Assembly (NCBI RefSeq): GCF_036321535.1
Contig: NC_087436.1
Coordinates: 42,224,001-42,288,000 of the forward strand
Direction: 5' to 3'
DNA from: Camelus dromedarius
Lineage: Eukaryota
Length of the DNA: 64,000 nucleotides
Of the stretch, positions 37,676 through 51,320 are shown piece after piece. How positions within the stretch are numbered: position 1 is the stretch's first letter; each line of letters starts with the position of its first letter. The position numbers and the translations under genes were made by a program. The notes under the pieces are model-generated. The model searched no databases, was not told the DNA's origin, and was given only the letters and a program-made list of their open reading frames with translations.

Positions 37676-39412
37676 AGAACAGCTTCCAAATAGAAGTGCT
37701 TTTTATGTATATTTTTAGTGAAAAGCACCAGGGCACACAAAAGCACATGGTTTTGTATGCTGAACTTTCCCTGGGGAGTTGGCCTGGTTCAAATTCTCTG
37801 CCCTATGGGAACTTGAGTCATAGCATCTGCAACACCTTGTTATTTGTGGTATTATTATTGGTAATATCTTAAAGACAGGGCAGGACCTTGATAATACATG
37901 TATTCCCCAGTACTTAGCACAGCTTATGGCATTAAATGGAACAAATTTAGTAAAGGATTAAATAAATGTAGCTTGATTCTCAAACTCTGATTTTTCTTTT
38001 TACCTTCATACTTACCTAATTCTTAATAACAAGAGCTATCATTTTCAGAATAGCTACTCACTAGACAGGTGTTTTATATCCCTTATTATATTAATTCCTT
38101 TCAATAACCTTTTGTGAGAAAATTAACATAATCCATTTTAAAGATAAGGAAAGCAAAAAGTGATTCTTTGGCATTGGACCAGGGTCTCATCTCCAAAATT
38201 CATGATCTTAGTTTAATCAATTACCTGTTCTTATTAAACCAAAAAAATTCAACATTAATTATTATTGGAACATTAATATTTATTAATGGAACATTAATTA
38301 TTACCTCAAACTTTGCTAAATGCTTCCTAATGCTCTTCACAGAAAGTAACTAGCATTGAATCTATTCCTAATATCTAAACAAATCTATGGAGATTTTTAC
38401 TATATATTTAAACTGTCATTTTAAAAAAACAGTTTAATATGTAAAATAGCTCTTTTTGCAGTTGTAAAAAAAAATACTTATTGCAAAAAAAGTCAAATAA
38501 TGCAGAAAATGTAGAGAAGAGAATACAGCCTAAAATCTCATCTTAAATATATATAAAATTTTACAGAAAGTGAATCAGGTTGTATATGGTATCTTTCTTT
38601 TACTTAGAATTATGCCATGCCACTATGTCTACAAAAAAAAAATCACGAACTATTATGTGTGTTTGGATTTATTATCTCTGTTTAACACATGTGGCACGAA
38701 TGATTTTTAAAATCTGAGTGAAACCTATTCTGACTTCATTCTCAAGTAGATCAACTGATCTAACTGCTAAAATCTAATTGGTTTGGTTGATTTTGCCAGG
38801 TTTACTGTCATATATGCTTTCTCTGTGGCATAAAATCAACAGAACTCTTACACTGGGAACTGCATAAATATTTATTTAATGAACTACAAAGAACTGAAGC
38901 AGAGTTTCAGGTTTGTTTTTTTTTTTTAATGCTTTCTTGTTTCTGCTGCTTTTCAACTTTTGACAAGGACATTTTTTTCACCAAGGGTCAAAATATTAAA
39001 GGTACCATTGGTTCCTCCTTTCTTCCCCACTGCATCCTTTCTCTTTCATTTCATCTGCCACTGTCCAAACTTAGGAATCTATTACAATTCTCATATATGT
39101 TTGGCACAGTCCAACCCATCCTGTATATATCAGATGGGTCTTTCTGAAATATCCAAATTTTAAAAAATATGATTACACCCAAGCTTCTCAGTCAGACATT
39201 CCAAGTCTCCCACAACCTACTTTCCACCACCTCTGAACCTCATGGGCTCTGCATTACGTTCAGACTATTCTACACAAATTTCATTTAGTGCTTCCAGGAA
39301 AAATGTTCTAAAAATGCTTAGCCCTTTACACTAAAATATCATCTTCCCGTGAAGTCTTCTGTGACTACTCCATCTAATATATTTCTACTTAATGCAGGTA
39401 TCCTTCATATAA

Positions 39413-39990
39413 TTCATTCAATCCTAGAATATATATACTGAATATTTACCATGCAACAGACACCGTTCAGGGTACTGGGAATATATGAGGGAATAAAATG
39501 GACAGAATTCTCTGACCTCATGGAATTTGTGCTCTTATGGAGAGCATGTTAGCACAAAAGCTGCCTGTGTTTCAATAAAACTTTACTGACGAACAATGAC
39601 ATTTGAATTTCACATCACAGAATATAATTCTCCTTCTGACATATATTTTTCAACTAAAAATGTAAATGCCATCATTACTTTGTGGGCCACACAAACACAG
39701 GCAGGGAGCCAGATCCGGCCCACCGGTTGTAGTTTGCCAGCTCCTTGTGTACACCACTGAAAGGCTGAGATTAGTGAAGACTTGACAGTGAGCATATGGA
39801 TACATAAAAGTAGAGTATCCTAGGCAGAGGGTACAGCCATTGCAAAGTTTTTGAGAAAAAGGCATGCCTCCTGATGTGTTTGAGGGAAAAACAGTAAACC
39901 ACTGTGACTGGAGCAGGTTGAGAGAGAGAAGTAGGAGATTACGGAGGAGAGGTGATGAAGGTCAGAATGGATAACATGATCTTCCACAAT
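39413..39990 (-). mobile_element. L2 3' fragment interrupted by a MER58 element
   Basis: 'ttcattcaatc...atactgaatatttaccatgc...ctctgacctcatggaattt'; purine-rich L2 sequence resumes after 39750. Confidence 0.65.
39560..39746. mobile_element. MER58-like hAT-Charlie element
   Basis: 'tgtgtttcaataaaacttta', 'gccagatccggcccaccggttgtagtttgccagctcct'. Confidence 0.8.
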
Positions 39991-42900
39991 CACAGCTGAC
40001 AACTACAGCTTCTCAGACCTGGGGAAGAAAACGTTAAAAGCTCATCTATTCCCAGCCTATCCAATAGGCTTAAACTCAGAGAATCAACCTTAATGGGACA
40101 TTATGTTGACGAAGATTCTGAGACCAAATTCTGTCTTAGCCAGAACCACTTCTACGATCCATTTTAGCAATGCCTGCTCAGGGGTGAGGGCTATGGTTGC
40201 TATGCATCTGTGTTCTTCCTCTAGTCTGTCACATTTTCATCACTCTAACACACTGAACTTTCAGCAGTTTCCACGTCATATTCAATATTATCATCTAAGT
40301 AATGACAGGACTGCTGAATCTCAGATTAGCAATCTTCATTGTATCTTGGTCCTTCCCTGTTTTCGTGTTTATACTTAGGGCAGTGATCAATACATATCTT
40401 TCCTGGGGAAGCTGAAAAGATACTAAAATTAAAAGCTGTATAGAGTTAAGGATTACCAATGCAAATTTTATTCCCTTAAATCTATAAAATCTTTACAGTT
40501 TCTAAAGCACTTTTGTCTTTATCTTAGTTGAGCTTTAGGTTGGCCCTATAAATCCTTAATAACCCCATAAAAAGATTCCATGGCCCTAAATATGGAAAAG
40601 TAGGCCCTCCAGGCATCTCTTAACTTAAACTGCATTTGCCTGTGATGGCTGAGAATTTTTTTTTAATAGTCCCCATCTATAAAATTTAGCTTAAAAATTA
40701 TTTCCAAAGTTATTTCGTAACTGTTTCTTAAACACTTCTTAGTGTTCTTCGAGCAAAAGAAAGGGAGAACCAAAAGTTCCAAAATGTTCAATGATAAGTT
40801 TAAAACTGCCATTCTTTCTGTGCATTGTGGGGAAAAAGAGGAGGAGTTTGTGCTGAGCTACTGTGATGACTAATGAAATTTTTATTCTTTTCAATAAGAA
40901 GAGCTTTAACAATTAAGCTGTGTTATAATGAAATGTTCACTTGTCCAAACTCTGATTTCTGGTCCATCAATACCTCTTTGTGAGAGGTACATCTCTAAAA
41001 TATGCCTTTGTCTTGCATGGAATGCAACCAGAGGCGTTTAGTGCAAGGACTCTCAGTAGAGCAGCCTGAAACGAACAATGGGCTTCAGAAAAGCTCAAAT
41101 TAAAATGTATATATATATTCTTTCTGTACCATGTGCTATTCATTACCTGACAAAAGATCTAAAACAATAAGGAATAAAACTTCACGTTTTAATGTAATCA
41201 TAGAGAAAAGTTAAAAAATCCAAATTATAAGGGAAGTATATTTTACGTTCTCCTTATCAGTGTAAAGGATGTCTGGAAAATACTTTTTTGTTGAATATTT
41301 TTAAAGGGTTTCAGTTCAAAACTATCTAATGATTTTAAATAGCCCATGCTTGCCAAGAAATATTTTCAGTTTTATATTTTGATAAGTGTTCATTTTTTTC
41401 CCTTTTGCTAATGCAGCTGGAGCCATTTGGGATCTATTTTAATTGCTTTCTTGTTCTTATACTACTTCGTCTTCTCTCATTAGAGTTTAACATTTAGGGA
41501 GTGCCCACAAAATGTTGGATCTGTATTAAATATGACCTTAGTCACAGTGGGCTCCTATTTCCCCCATGACAGGAAAGAACCTTGAATTTTTAAAGAATGT
41601 ACATAGCAGAGAATGGAAGCGACATGATCATAATTTGGGGGATTTATATCACCTGTAGTTTGATTCTGGTTCTTTTCATAGCTTGAGATCATTCTAAAAT
41701 GCAACAGATCGTGCTTCAAGGGGACACGTTAGCTGGGATGGCATTCAAGTGAGTAAAGAGTAGTGGAGCTGGTCAGGTTCCCAGGGGTGGCGGGAAGTGA
41801 GGCACAGGCAGGAGTGGGAGCAGTGAGCAGCAAGGGCGGAGGAAGGCTGCGGGACTCTGCTCATCTCACTGTACACTGGTGTGTGGTCAGCCCACGGCTC
41901 CACGGACACCTCATGGGTCTTTGATCTCTGTTCTGCTATCTTCTTCATCTTCCCACCCATGTTGGAGCATCTAACGGGACACTGGAATCACTGGGCCTTT
42001 TTTTCTCTCGTGGACAATGCTCATATTCTGTTCTCCTGCTCCTAGAGTGAGATCCCACTTTTCACACCTAGGTAATTTTTAACACACACACACACACAAA
42101 TTCAGTGAAAGTCACCTGCTGTGAAAATCTTCTCTGGTGTATAGCCTGTATTAAATGCGCCTCGTCTGAACTCTTATAGTATCTTGGGAACACTTCTATT
42201 CTCACCTAATTATATGTAGTTTTAACATGTGATTATGTGTCCTTTTTTATTTTTTTCTAAGTTTCTCTTAATACATTATAAACTACTTGACAACAAGGAG
42301 AATATCTCATTAAAACGTAAATCTCCAGTGCCAAACACAGTTCCTGGAGAGTGACAGGTACTCTGGAAATGCTTATTTTTCCTCTATCTGAGGAACAGAG
42401 GAGTGATCCTGTTTCTTATTCTTTTTTTTTTTTTTTTTTTTTTGCCCCTATCAGGTCATTTTTTTACCCTTAGAAAGATGTTCTAAGTAAAAGAAATCGA
42501 AGTCCAGGTACTATGGCGTTATAGAAGCTTTGGTAAAAGTGGAAGTGATCCTAAACGATAAAAAGTGGTTTGTTGCCTTTATCAACACATGGTACATGTG
42601 AGCAACATCATCCATAGGAGTTAATTGCAGTGAAAAATGGTAGCAGGTAAAACTAGCCTGCGTAGCAGGGACTTTTATAAAGCTTGTACAGAATATTATA
42701 CCAGGCAGTATTGACCTAAACAGGGAACATGTTTTATCTTCACAGGTAATTTTCTTAGAGACACTGATAGACTAGGCGGCGCCTGCATATAATACCTGAT
42801 ACGGTCCTGAGAAGCTCCCAGTATGCAACCATCGTTCCTCTACCTGCCTTCATGTTGAAGCTGTCATGCATTCTTTTAGGCTAATGTTGTAACCATTAGG

Positions 42901-43599
42901 AGAGATAACACTAGGATGTTGTCATTTCTCATTGTTTATGCCAGTGAGAGCTTTCTACTCACTGCTTTCTAAGAACCCTTTGCAAGAACACAGGTTGTGT
43001 GTTAAGAAGAGAAATGTGCAAAATCTCAGAATCTGACGTTTATCTTAGAACAACATGAGCTAGAAAGTATGTGTGGTACTTTGAGAGACAGTCTCAATGC
43101 TTTGGGGGCTTTAACTGACCAGCTATGAAGTAAAGGGGTAGAAATTTTGAGCTTTATAATTCCGTATTTCTAAGATATTTCTGCCATCGACATTTTTATA
43201 ATAATTGAGAGAATAATATGACAGGTCTGTACCACACCGTTAGCAGGCTCTTGGGTGGGATGCTTAGTAAAGAGCCCAGACAGGCAAGGAAAACCATTTA
43301 GAGCTGCTAATTCAGAGTATGAGATAATGGGTGAGGTTTAGTGTCTACTGATTTCACCCATTTAGCAACTTTGTTGAAAGCTAGTAAGAGAGAATTAAAG
43401 AAAACTGAATGACAGACACAGAAGTGGATGGTCCTGAGAGCAATTAGAATCTTGAAAGATTACTAGAATAATACATCTGAACCTTGACTCTAACAGAAAT
43501 AAAAGAAAATGAAGTGCTAGTGGAGTTGAGATTTAATAAACACATCTGACTGGCTGCCTGAGGTTTTAGTTACAGAAATCTGTAACCAAAAAATTGGTT

Positions 43600-43850
43600 T
43601 TATGTAAAAAAATAACAAAATAATATCTAGTATTAGCTATTCTGTTGACAGGCACTTGCAAAGTACTCCTTTTATCCTCTCCACCATCCCATGAGGTACA
43701 TATTCTTTTTACTGGCATTTTAACAATAAGGAAACTGACATACAGGAAGGTTAAATAATTTGCTCAAAGTAAACGGTAAAGTGTGATCTGAGGCCAGGCA
43801 GTCTGACTTCAAGTCAGAGTGGAACTCTTATCCATTAAGGCTGTGCTACA
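43600..43850 (-). mobile_element. MIR SINE
   Basis: 'cccatgaggta...cattttaacaataaggaaactgacatacaggaaggttaaataatttgctcaaagt...ccaggcagtctgacttc'. Confidence 0.8.
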
Positions 43851-46752
43851 TTGATAAAAATTATCTTAAGGTAGATCAAAAACAGTTATTTAAAAACTCA
43901 ACAATGTTTTGAAAAGTGATGTTCTTAGAATGATGTAAAGCGTGTGGAAGTTATTTCATCCCCAAGATGCCTGTCGGTTCCTTCTTGTTGTTGCTAATAA
44001 GCATCTGTGGTCAGAACACGCCAAGAGGGAAGCAAAGTTTGCTCTGGCCACAGCGATCTTCTCCCTCACCTACATCCATCCTGAGGGGCCTCTTAAGATG
44101 CTTTTTCTCTCCAGTCTCAAAGCTCTCCCTATCCTAGTAAGAGCAAGCCAGGTTAGGCCAACTGGACAGGCATTTCTATGTAGAAAAATGAAATGAACGC
44201 CATCTCTGTGTTGTCCCTGTTCCCCAAGACTCCCGACACAGGACTTATGCTCACACAGATAAAGACATTGCCCTCTCTCATGTCAGAGATTTAGGTCCCT
44301 GGCAGGCAACAACTTCCAGAATGGGGTTGAGACTCACATTGCCCCAAATACCCATTCACCACTTTTCTTAGCTCTGTAGCAACACATACTTGGTTTTCTT
44401 TTGGCAAAGGATAAGAAATTAAACTATTAGGAGAAATACCTCATTATCACTAGAAATTTACTGGGAATAAAACTTACAAATAAAACATATTTTAAAATTT
44501 ACCCATTCACCATACCACAATAAAACACTCCTTTAAAATTCTATGATTTTTATGCCAGTATATTTTGGGAGTGCTTTCATGTATATCATTCACAAAATCA
44601 CAGAATTATACAACTGAAAGATTCTTACACACTCTAGTCCTGTGCCTAAGATTCAGAGAGAATAAATCGCTATTACGTTATGATGTAAAGTTCTCCCAGC
44701 TCTTACTTCCATGTCCATTCCATTACACCGCATTGTGTTGGAGTTTTGACAACACGAACATTTAAATAGTGGCAGGATTTATCACAGAGCTTCAGACCAC
44801 TTCAATTGTCAGAGGGCAGAGTAGCATTTTTTTTAAGTATAGTAGTCTCTCTCATAACAGTAACCTGTCATCCATCACACAATCTGTTACAGTGAGATTC
44901 TCCAATTCATGTAACTTCAGTGAAGACCCTTTTAGAAGCCATCCTGAGAGATGAAAGCACTGAGTTTCTAGGGTATAGAATACAACAAAGAAGAGAATAA
45001 AATAAGTGGGAAAAGAAAACTTGTCATAGACTATTCTGTTTGAAAGTTTGCTTAGGACTAGCTGCGTTTCCCAGGGTTTCTAGAACATCTTGGAGTACAA
45101 TCAAGACATAGCAGTTCTCTGCAGAACCTGAAAGTTGGCTGTCAGCATGTCCTTGGGCATATAATGTGCGTCTGCAGGCAGGAAGAGCCTGAACTTTCAG
45201 AAGCCCTGACAGACCAGGAAAAACTGCCCTTTGCCATGGGTCCAGTCCAAAGAAGACATAACATATTTTTCTTCTAAAACGATTACTGAAATATGTGCTC
45301 TTTGAAGTCCAGTTAAGATGCTGTGGGTTCTTAGACTTCACATAACTCATATGTGTGGCCACGAATGTACTCAAATGAGTTGGAGAGAAAGAGCATCGCA
45401 CGAGGAAAGGAGGTTGTTCACCCCGAGGAAAGCTGGGCAGCTTATCAACAGTGACTTTGTACATAGGTGGTTCATTATAAAGGTGAAAACCACCAGCTAA
45501 TCACCATCTGCACTGCAGTGATAATCGGAAGTAACAGATTCAAAGCACAGGAACTATGTGAAACGTGGAGAACCTTTCCTAGTGGAAGGGCCTGACGGCA
45601 TCTCCCTTTCCTCCCTGTGATTGGACAGCGTGTGTCGAAGGATTATACCGGGTAACTTTCCTCGGATAAATAGTTCACTGACTTTTCTTTTAATCATAAT
45701 TAACCTTTCAAACTGCAAAGATAAGAACTGTTCCCTAGTATTCTGTAAGAAGATAACCTAGTTTGTCAATGATGTTAACAAAATACAGTGAGCTAAAGGA
45801 TTATGAAAAAATACACAGTGTGTGTTTAGTTTTGCACATTTTTAAGCTAAATATCAAAGTATAGAGCTGCTGATAGAGGTCCAATATATGCTCAGATAAT
45901 CTCTGGATCTACAAAACTCTAAAATTCTCTGCTAGGAGAGTGCCCTTCTCTCCTCCTGCTAATTTTACATGTAGTTTTGTTCTAAGTTTTAAAGGGCTCC
46001 AGGTAACTATAATGGTGTTTGAACTCCAATTTACTACTTCTTAAGAAAGATGTATCCTAATTTAACCAGGGGTGAGGGGGCGTCATCCTCTCGGATTCTA
46101 CCAGCTTCCTTCTATACACACATATTCATTCTCCCGATCAAATCTGAATTCAGATGAAATTTTTCTTCAGAATTTTTCATTCAATATACTTTGCTTATTA
46201 TTTCAACCTTTCTATCTCATCTTTTTTTTGTGGAGGAAAAGCATCTTCTCTAGTTTACTTTGGAATTAAAAATTCAGTAAAACGTGTTTTTCACAGATGT
46301 AATTGTATTTCTAAACTAAATTCTAACTGAGGAACAGGGAATTATAAAGCAGTGAGTTGGGAGTAACAGGAAAACTGAAATGCTACGTGCATCCAAAGTA
46401 TTTGCCTTGAAGCTATCACCACACCTCACCAGATCCACACTCGTGACAAAAGAAGTGGTCATTGTCTTTTGAGTGGTTATTCATTCAGCTCTGCTTACAA
46501 GCTAAGGGTGCTTCCATTTTTAAGCTTAAAGGAAATCTTGAGTGATTTCTTGATAAATACCAGTTGTTTTCCTCTTTAGAACTCACATTCATCAAAGAAT
46601 ACTATCACAGCTAAAAAGAAATGATCAGTGAGTTAACAGACAATAATCCAATATTAAATTCATTTTTTCTTCAAATTTACAAAATTCAAATTGGCCTGAT
46701 TTCTCACTTTCAGATATACGACAAAATAGATGCAAAATGTCAATGCTTATAG

Positions 46753-47203
46753 TGTTAGAGATCCATTGTCCTCTAGAATCAGTTCTGTCTTCCATAGGAG
46801 CAAAGAATGAAAACCACAGGTAGTCACTCAGTCACTCTTTCTCACCAGCTTTAGCAGCCAGAGTAAACATGTGACTGAGTTCTCACCGATAGAATGTGAT
46901 CAAAAAGAACTGGTGCCACCTCCAGGGCCTCATCACACCACCAGGAGTGCTCCTTTGTACTCGCCTTTCTCTCCCCTGGGGGAAACTCGACTCCTTAGCG
47001 ATCAGACTTCAGTGTGCAGATGAGGATGATGCCCTGGAGGATGGTGAAGCAGCCCTACTTGTCAGGGTGTCTGGGTGATGTCAAGAAGTCCAACTACCCT
47101 TCCTGGACTTTTACACATAAGAGAGAAATAAACTGTATCTCCATCGGAGCCATTGTGTTTTTGGACCTCTTTGCTATATATAGCCTTCACCATAAACTAG
47201 TAC
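46753..47203 (+). mobile_element. MaLR LTR (MLT1J-like)
   Basis: 'catgtgactgagttctcaccgatagaatgtga', 'ctggacttttacacataagagagaaataaact'. Confidence 0.75.
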
Positions 47204-48142
47204 CAATGGACACCTAATATAAATCCATTTGCAGCATTTTTTTCCGCTAAAGCAGGACACTTTGTTACTGGAAATGGATATAATTCAAGTGATTAAGTTG
47301 AGGGAGCCCTATCCTTTATGTATTTATTTATTAGTTCATGCTAATTCCATTGGTTATAAACAAGCAAGACCAAGAATTAGCAGAGATTAGGACAAGGCAC
47401 TGCCTTGGTATGAAAAAAATGTTGGGTTATTTAACTTGAGAGCTTTCTGCTTTGTTTAATGTGAAAATGTAAAAGTGATATGTACAAGAAGCAATGTAAC
47501 TGGATTGGACATGATCCATGACGTTTGAACTTTATGACTTTGTTCTAAGAGCAATAAACTCCCTTTAAAGCAGGAAGTATCTATAGGGTAAATACATTTA
47601 TTGTATGTATTCTTCAGTTCTGTAGACCCTAACACCCTTCCTGCCCATTAAAACAGTTCTTTTTAAGTTAATTTTTCACAGCATGGGGATTCTTAGTTCT
47701 TCAACTGCTGCATTATAGCAGAACAGTCTAATGAAAAAAATTTATAAAAATTATGGAATGATTTGGAAACCAAGGTCCATTTAATTACAGGCAAAATTTA
47801 TAGGAACCTGGAGAAAGTTCGCATCTAATAAGTGCTAGGTCAGTCTCGGAAAGTCAAAGCGCACAAAGCACTGCTGCTACATAAGACCAACAGAGTATTT
47901 TTTGGTGGGGCAAACCCTGAATGCAGGTGACAGCAACATCATGCTTTCTGGTCCAAACGATTTCATCACTTGAAAGTTTGAAAGTGTCTGGGCCATGCCA
48001 TGAGAGAGCAAGCTGTGCTCAGAGAAAACAGACTCCCCAAGAACAATGGGGCAAAAGAGGCATAGCTCAAAGGACAGCTCATAAGGCTCTGATTGTTCCC
48101 CAGAGGTGTGCCAGGCTGGAAATCCCCATTTACAAGCACATC

Positions 48143-48942
48143 TTTTTTTTTTTTTTTAACATTTTTTATTGATTTATAATCATTTTACAATGTTGTGTCA
48201 AATTCCAGTGTAGAGCACAATTTTTCAATTATACATGAACATATATATATTCATTGTCACATTTTTTCCTGTGAGCTACCATAAGATCTTATATATATTT
48301 CCCTGTGCTATACAGTATAATCTTGTTTATCTATTTTACAATTTTGAAATCCCAGTCTATCTCTTCCCACCCTCTGCCCCCTTGGCAACCGCAAGTTTGT
48401 ATTCTATGTCTATGAGTCTATTTCTCTTTTGTATTTATGCTTTGTTTTTATGTTTTGTTTTGTTTTGTTTTGTTTTTAGATTCCACATATGAGTGATCTC
48501 ATATGGTATTTTTCATTCTCTTTCTGGCTTACTTCACTTAGAATGACATTCTCCAGGAGCATCCATGTTGCTGCAAATGGCGTTATGTTGTTGGTTTTTA
48601 TGGCTGAATAGTATTCCATTGTATAAATATACCACATCTTCTTTATCTAGTCATCTGTCGATGGATATTTAGGCTGTTTCCATGTCTTGGCTATTGTAAA
48701 TAATGCTGCTATGAACATTGGGGTGCACGTGTCATTCTGAAATAGGGTTCCTTCTGGATATATGCCCAGGAGTGGGATTCCTGGGTCATATGTTAAGTCT
48801 ATTCCTAGTCTTTTGAGGAATCTCCATACTGTTTTCCACAGAGGCTGCACCAAACTGCATTCCCACCAGCAGTGAAGGAGGGTTTCCTTTTCTCCACAGC
48901 CTCTCCAGCATTTGTCAATTGTGGATTTTTGAATGATGGCCA
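48143..48942 (-). mobile_element. 5'-truncated young L1, same 3' UTR type as 20657-21648
   Basis: Poly(T) at 48143, antisense 3' UTR, ORF2 C-terminus ([14 protein letters not shown] in ORF 48647-49015). TSD TTACAAGCACAT at 48130-48141 and 48943-48954. Confidence 0.97.
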
Positions 48943-49098
48943 TTACAAGCACATTTTTGAAACTGCTACATCTTGTGTGTGCCTTGACAACAACTTCTAA
49001 CAGTAAATATGTCATAGGAAAGTATCCTTTGACTAATATTTTTTTCCCTCATATGTGCACTGACATTAAAAATATGTAAACATTTTCTTTTGGGGGGA

Positions 49099-49650
49099 TG
49101 TTATAGCAGACATGCTCTTTGGTGCTCAGAATCTATTATTTCCTTCACCTTCTATAGTGAATCCTTATACTCCTTAGTTACCTCCATCTCAGCCATGCAG
49201 CTTAAGTGCCTCTTAGAAAGTGGGCCTGGTAGTTCTAATGCTAGTCCTGCTCCCATTTTCAGTGTTTGATGCAGTGACAGGCATGAGCAACATTCAGAAT
49301 ACTGACAGTCTTACAGTAATTTTCTGGGAGCTTGTGGAAAAGATCCTCTTCACTATTCTGGAAGAATTTCTGGAAGCCAATCTTACATTTGCTGTGAACA
49401 AATATGTATGCATCATCAGTGGCAACTGTTAGCCACTGTAAAACCAGGTAAGGGATTAATATTAGACAGAAGAAGACAATGGTGGTCACAGCAAAGACAC
49501 AGAAAGACCCGGGGACTTGAGGGTCTATATCAACCAAACTCAAAGCCTGGGCCTCCCTGGATTCTCAGCTGCCTTAGTCCAATACTTTCTTCCACCACAT
49601 AATACAGCTTCAACTGGTTTTTGTTTCTTTCATTTTGTTTTGTCTAATTA
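49099..49650 (+). mobile_element. Degraded MaLR LTR (MLT1K-like)
   Basis: Starts 'tgttatagcagac'; later 'ctggattctcagctgccttagtccaatac...cttcaactggtttttgtttctt'. Confidence 0.55.
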
Positions 49651-49816
49651 CTCCCATATCAGCCTAGGTAACATATAATGTCATAAAATATATTGTGTAA
49701 GCCTGGGTGAGGTATGCATTATGCAACCAGCAAACTTTTCTAAACTGGGACACATAAGAAATGCTTTCACAAATCACAAATGAGTCAATAATGTTTGTTG
49801 GTTGAACCGACCACCA

Positions 49817-50285
49817 TTTTTTATCCCACTTTATTGAAGTATAGTGGATTTATGATACATTAGTTTCAGGTACTCAACACAGTGATTCAATAGTTTTATA
49901 GATTATACACCATTTAAAGTTACAAAATATTAGCTATATTCCCCATGCTGTACAATATATCTTTGTAGTTTATTTATTTTATACATAGTAGATTGTACCT
50001 CTACCAATCCCCTACCAATATCTTCCTTCCCTTCTACTTCCTTCTCTCCTCTGGTGACCACTAGTTTGCTCTTTTTATCTGTAAGTCTATTTCTGTTTTT
50101 TTGGATTCACTCATTTCATTTTTTAGATTCCACATATAAGTGAAAACATACAGTATTTGTCTTTCTCTGTCTGACTTATTCCACCAAGCACAATACCCAC
50201 TGGGTCCATCTATCTTGTTGCAAATGGCAAAATCTCATTTTTTTTTTTTATGGCTGAGTAATGTTTCATAGTGTGTGTTTATGTA

Positions 50286-50316
<31 letters not shown>

Positions 50317-51320
50317 ATATCTTCTTTATCCATTCATCTGTTGATAGACACTCAGGTTGCTTCATAACTTGGCTATTACACATAATGCTGCTATGAACAT
50401 TGGGGTGCATTTTCTTTTTGAATTAGTGATTTTCTTTGGGTATATACCCAGGAGTGGAATTGCTGGGTCATATAGTAGTTGTATTTTTGTTTTGAGGAAC
50501 CTCCTTACTGTTTTCCATAGTGACTGTACCAAGTTACATTCCCATCAACACTGTACAAGGGTTCCCTTTTCTCAATATCCTCACCAACATTTGTTCATTG
50601 TGGTTTTGATTTGCACTTCTGATGACTGAGCATCTTTTCCCATGCCTGCTGGCCATCGGTATGTCTTCTCTGGAAAAACATCTGTTCAGGTCTTCTGCCC
50701 ATTTTTCAATCAGGTTTTTTTTTATATTGAGTTGTATGAGCTCTTTATATATTTGGGGTATTAACCCCTTTTTGGTCATATCGTTGCAAATATTTTCTCC
50801 CATTCAGTAGGTTGTCATTTCATTCTGTTGATGGTTCCCTTTGCTGTGCAAAAGCTTTTAAGTTTAATTAGGTCCTTTTTGTTTATGTTTGCTTTTGTTT
50901 TCTTTGCCTTAGGACACAGATCCATAAAAATATCACTATGACTTGTGTCAAAGAGTGTTCTGCCTATGTTTTCTTCTAGGAGTTTTATGGTTTCCAGTCT
51001 TACATTTAGGTCTTTAATCCATTTTGAGTTTATTTTTCTGTATGGTGTGAGAAAGTATTCTAATTTTATTATTTTACATGCAGCTGTGCAGTTTTTCCAC
51101 CATCATTTATTAAAGACGATGTCCCTTGTCCATTGTAAATTCTTACATACTTTATCATACATTAATTGGCCTTAAGTGCATTCTGTAGCATTGATCTTTG
51201 TGTCTGGTTGTGTGCCAGTACTATACTCTTTAATTACTGGAGACTTGTAGTGTAGTCTGAAGTCAGGGAGCATGATTCCTCCAACTTTCTTCTTTTTTCT
51301 CTAGGTTGCTTTGGCTATTT
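49817..51320 (-). mobile_element. Older 5'-truncated L1 (~1.5 kb) with internal deletions and a (TG)n tract
   Basis: Antisense 3' UTR and decayed ORF2 ([14 protein letters not shown] in ORF 50534-50803); ends near 'ttgctttggctattt'. Confidence 0.92.
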
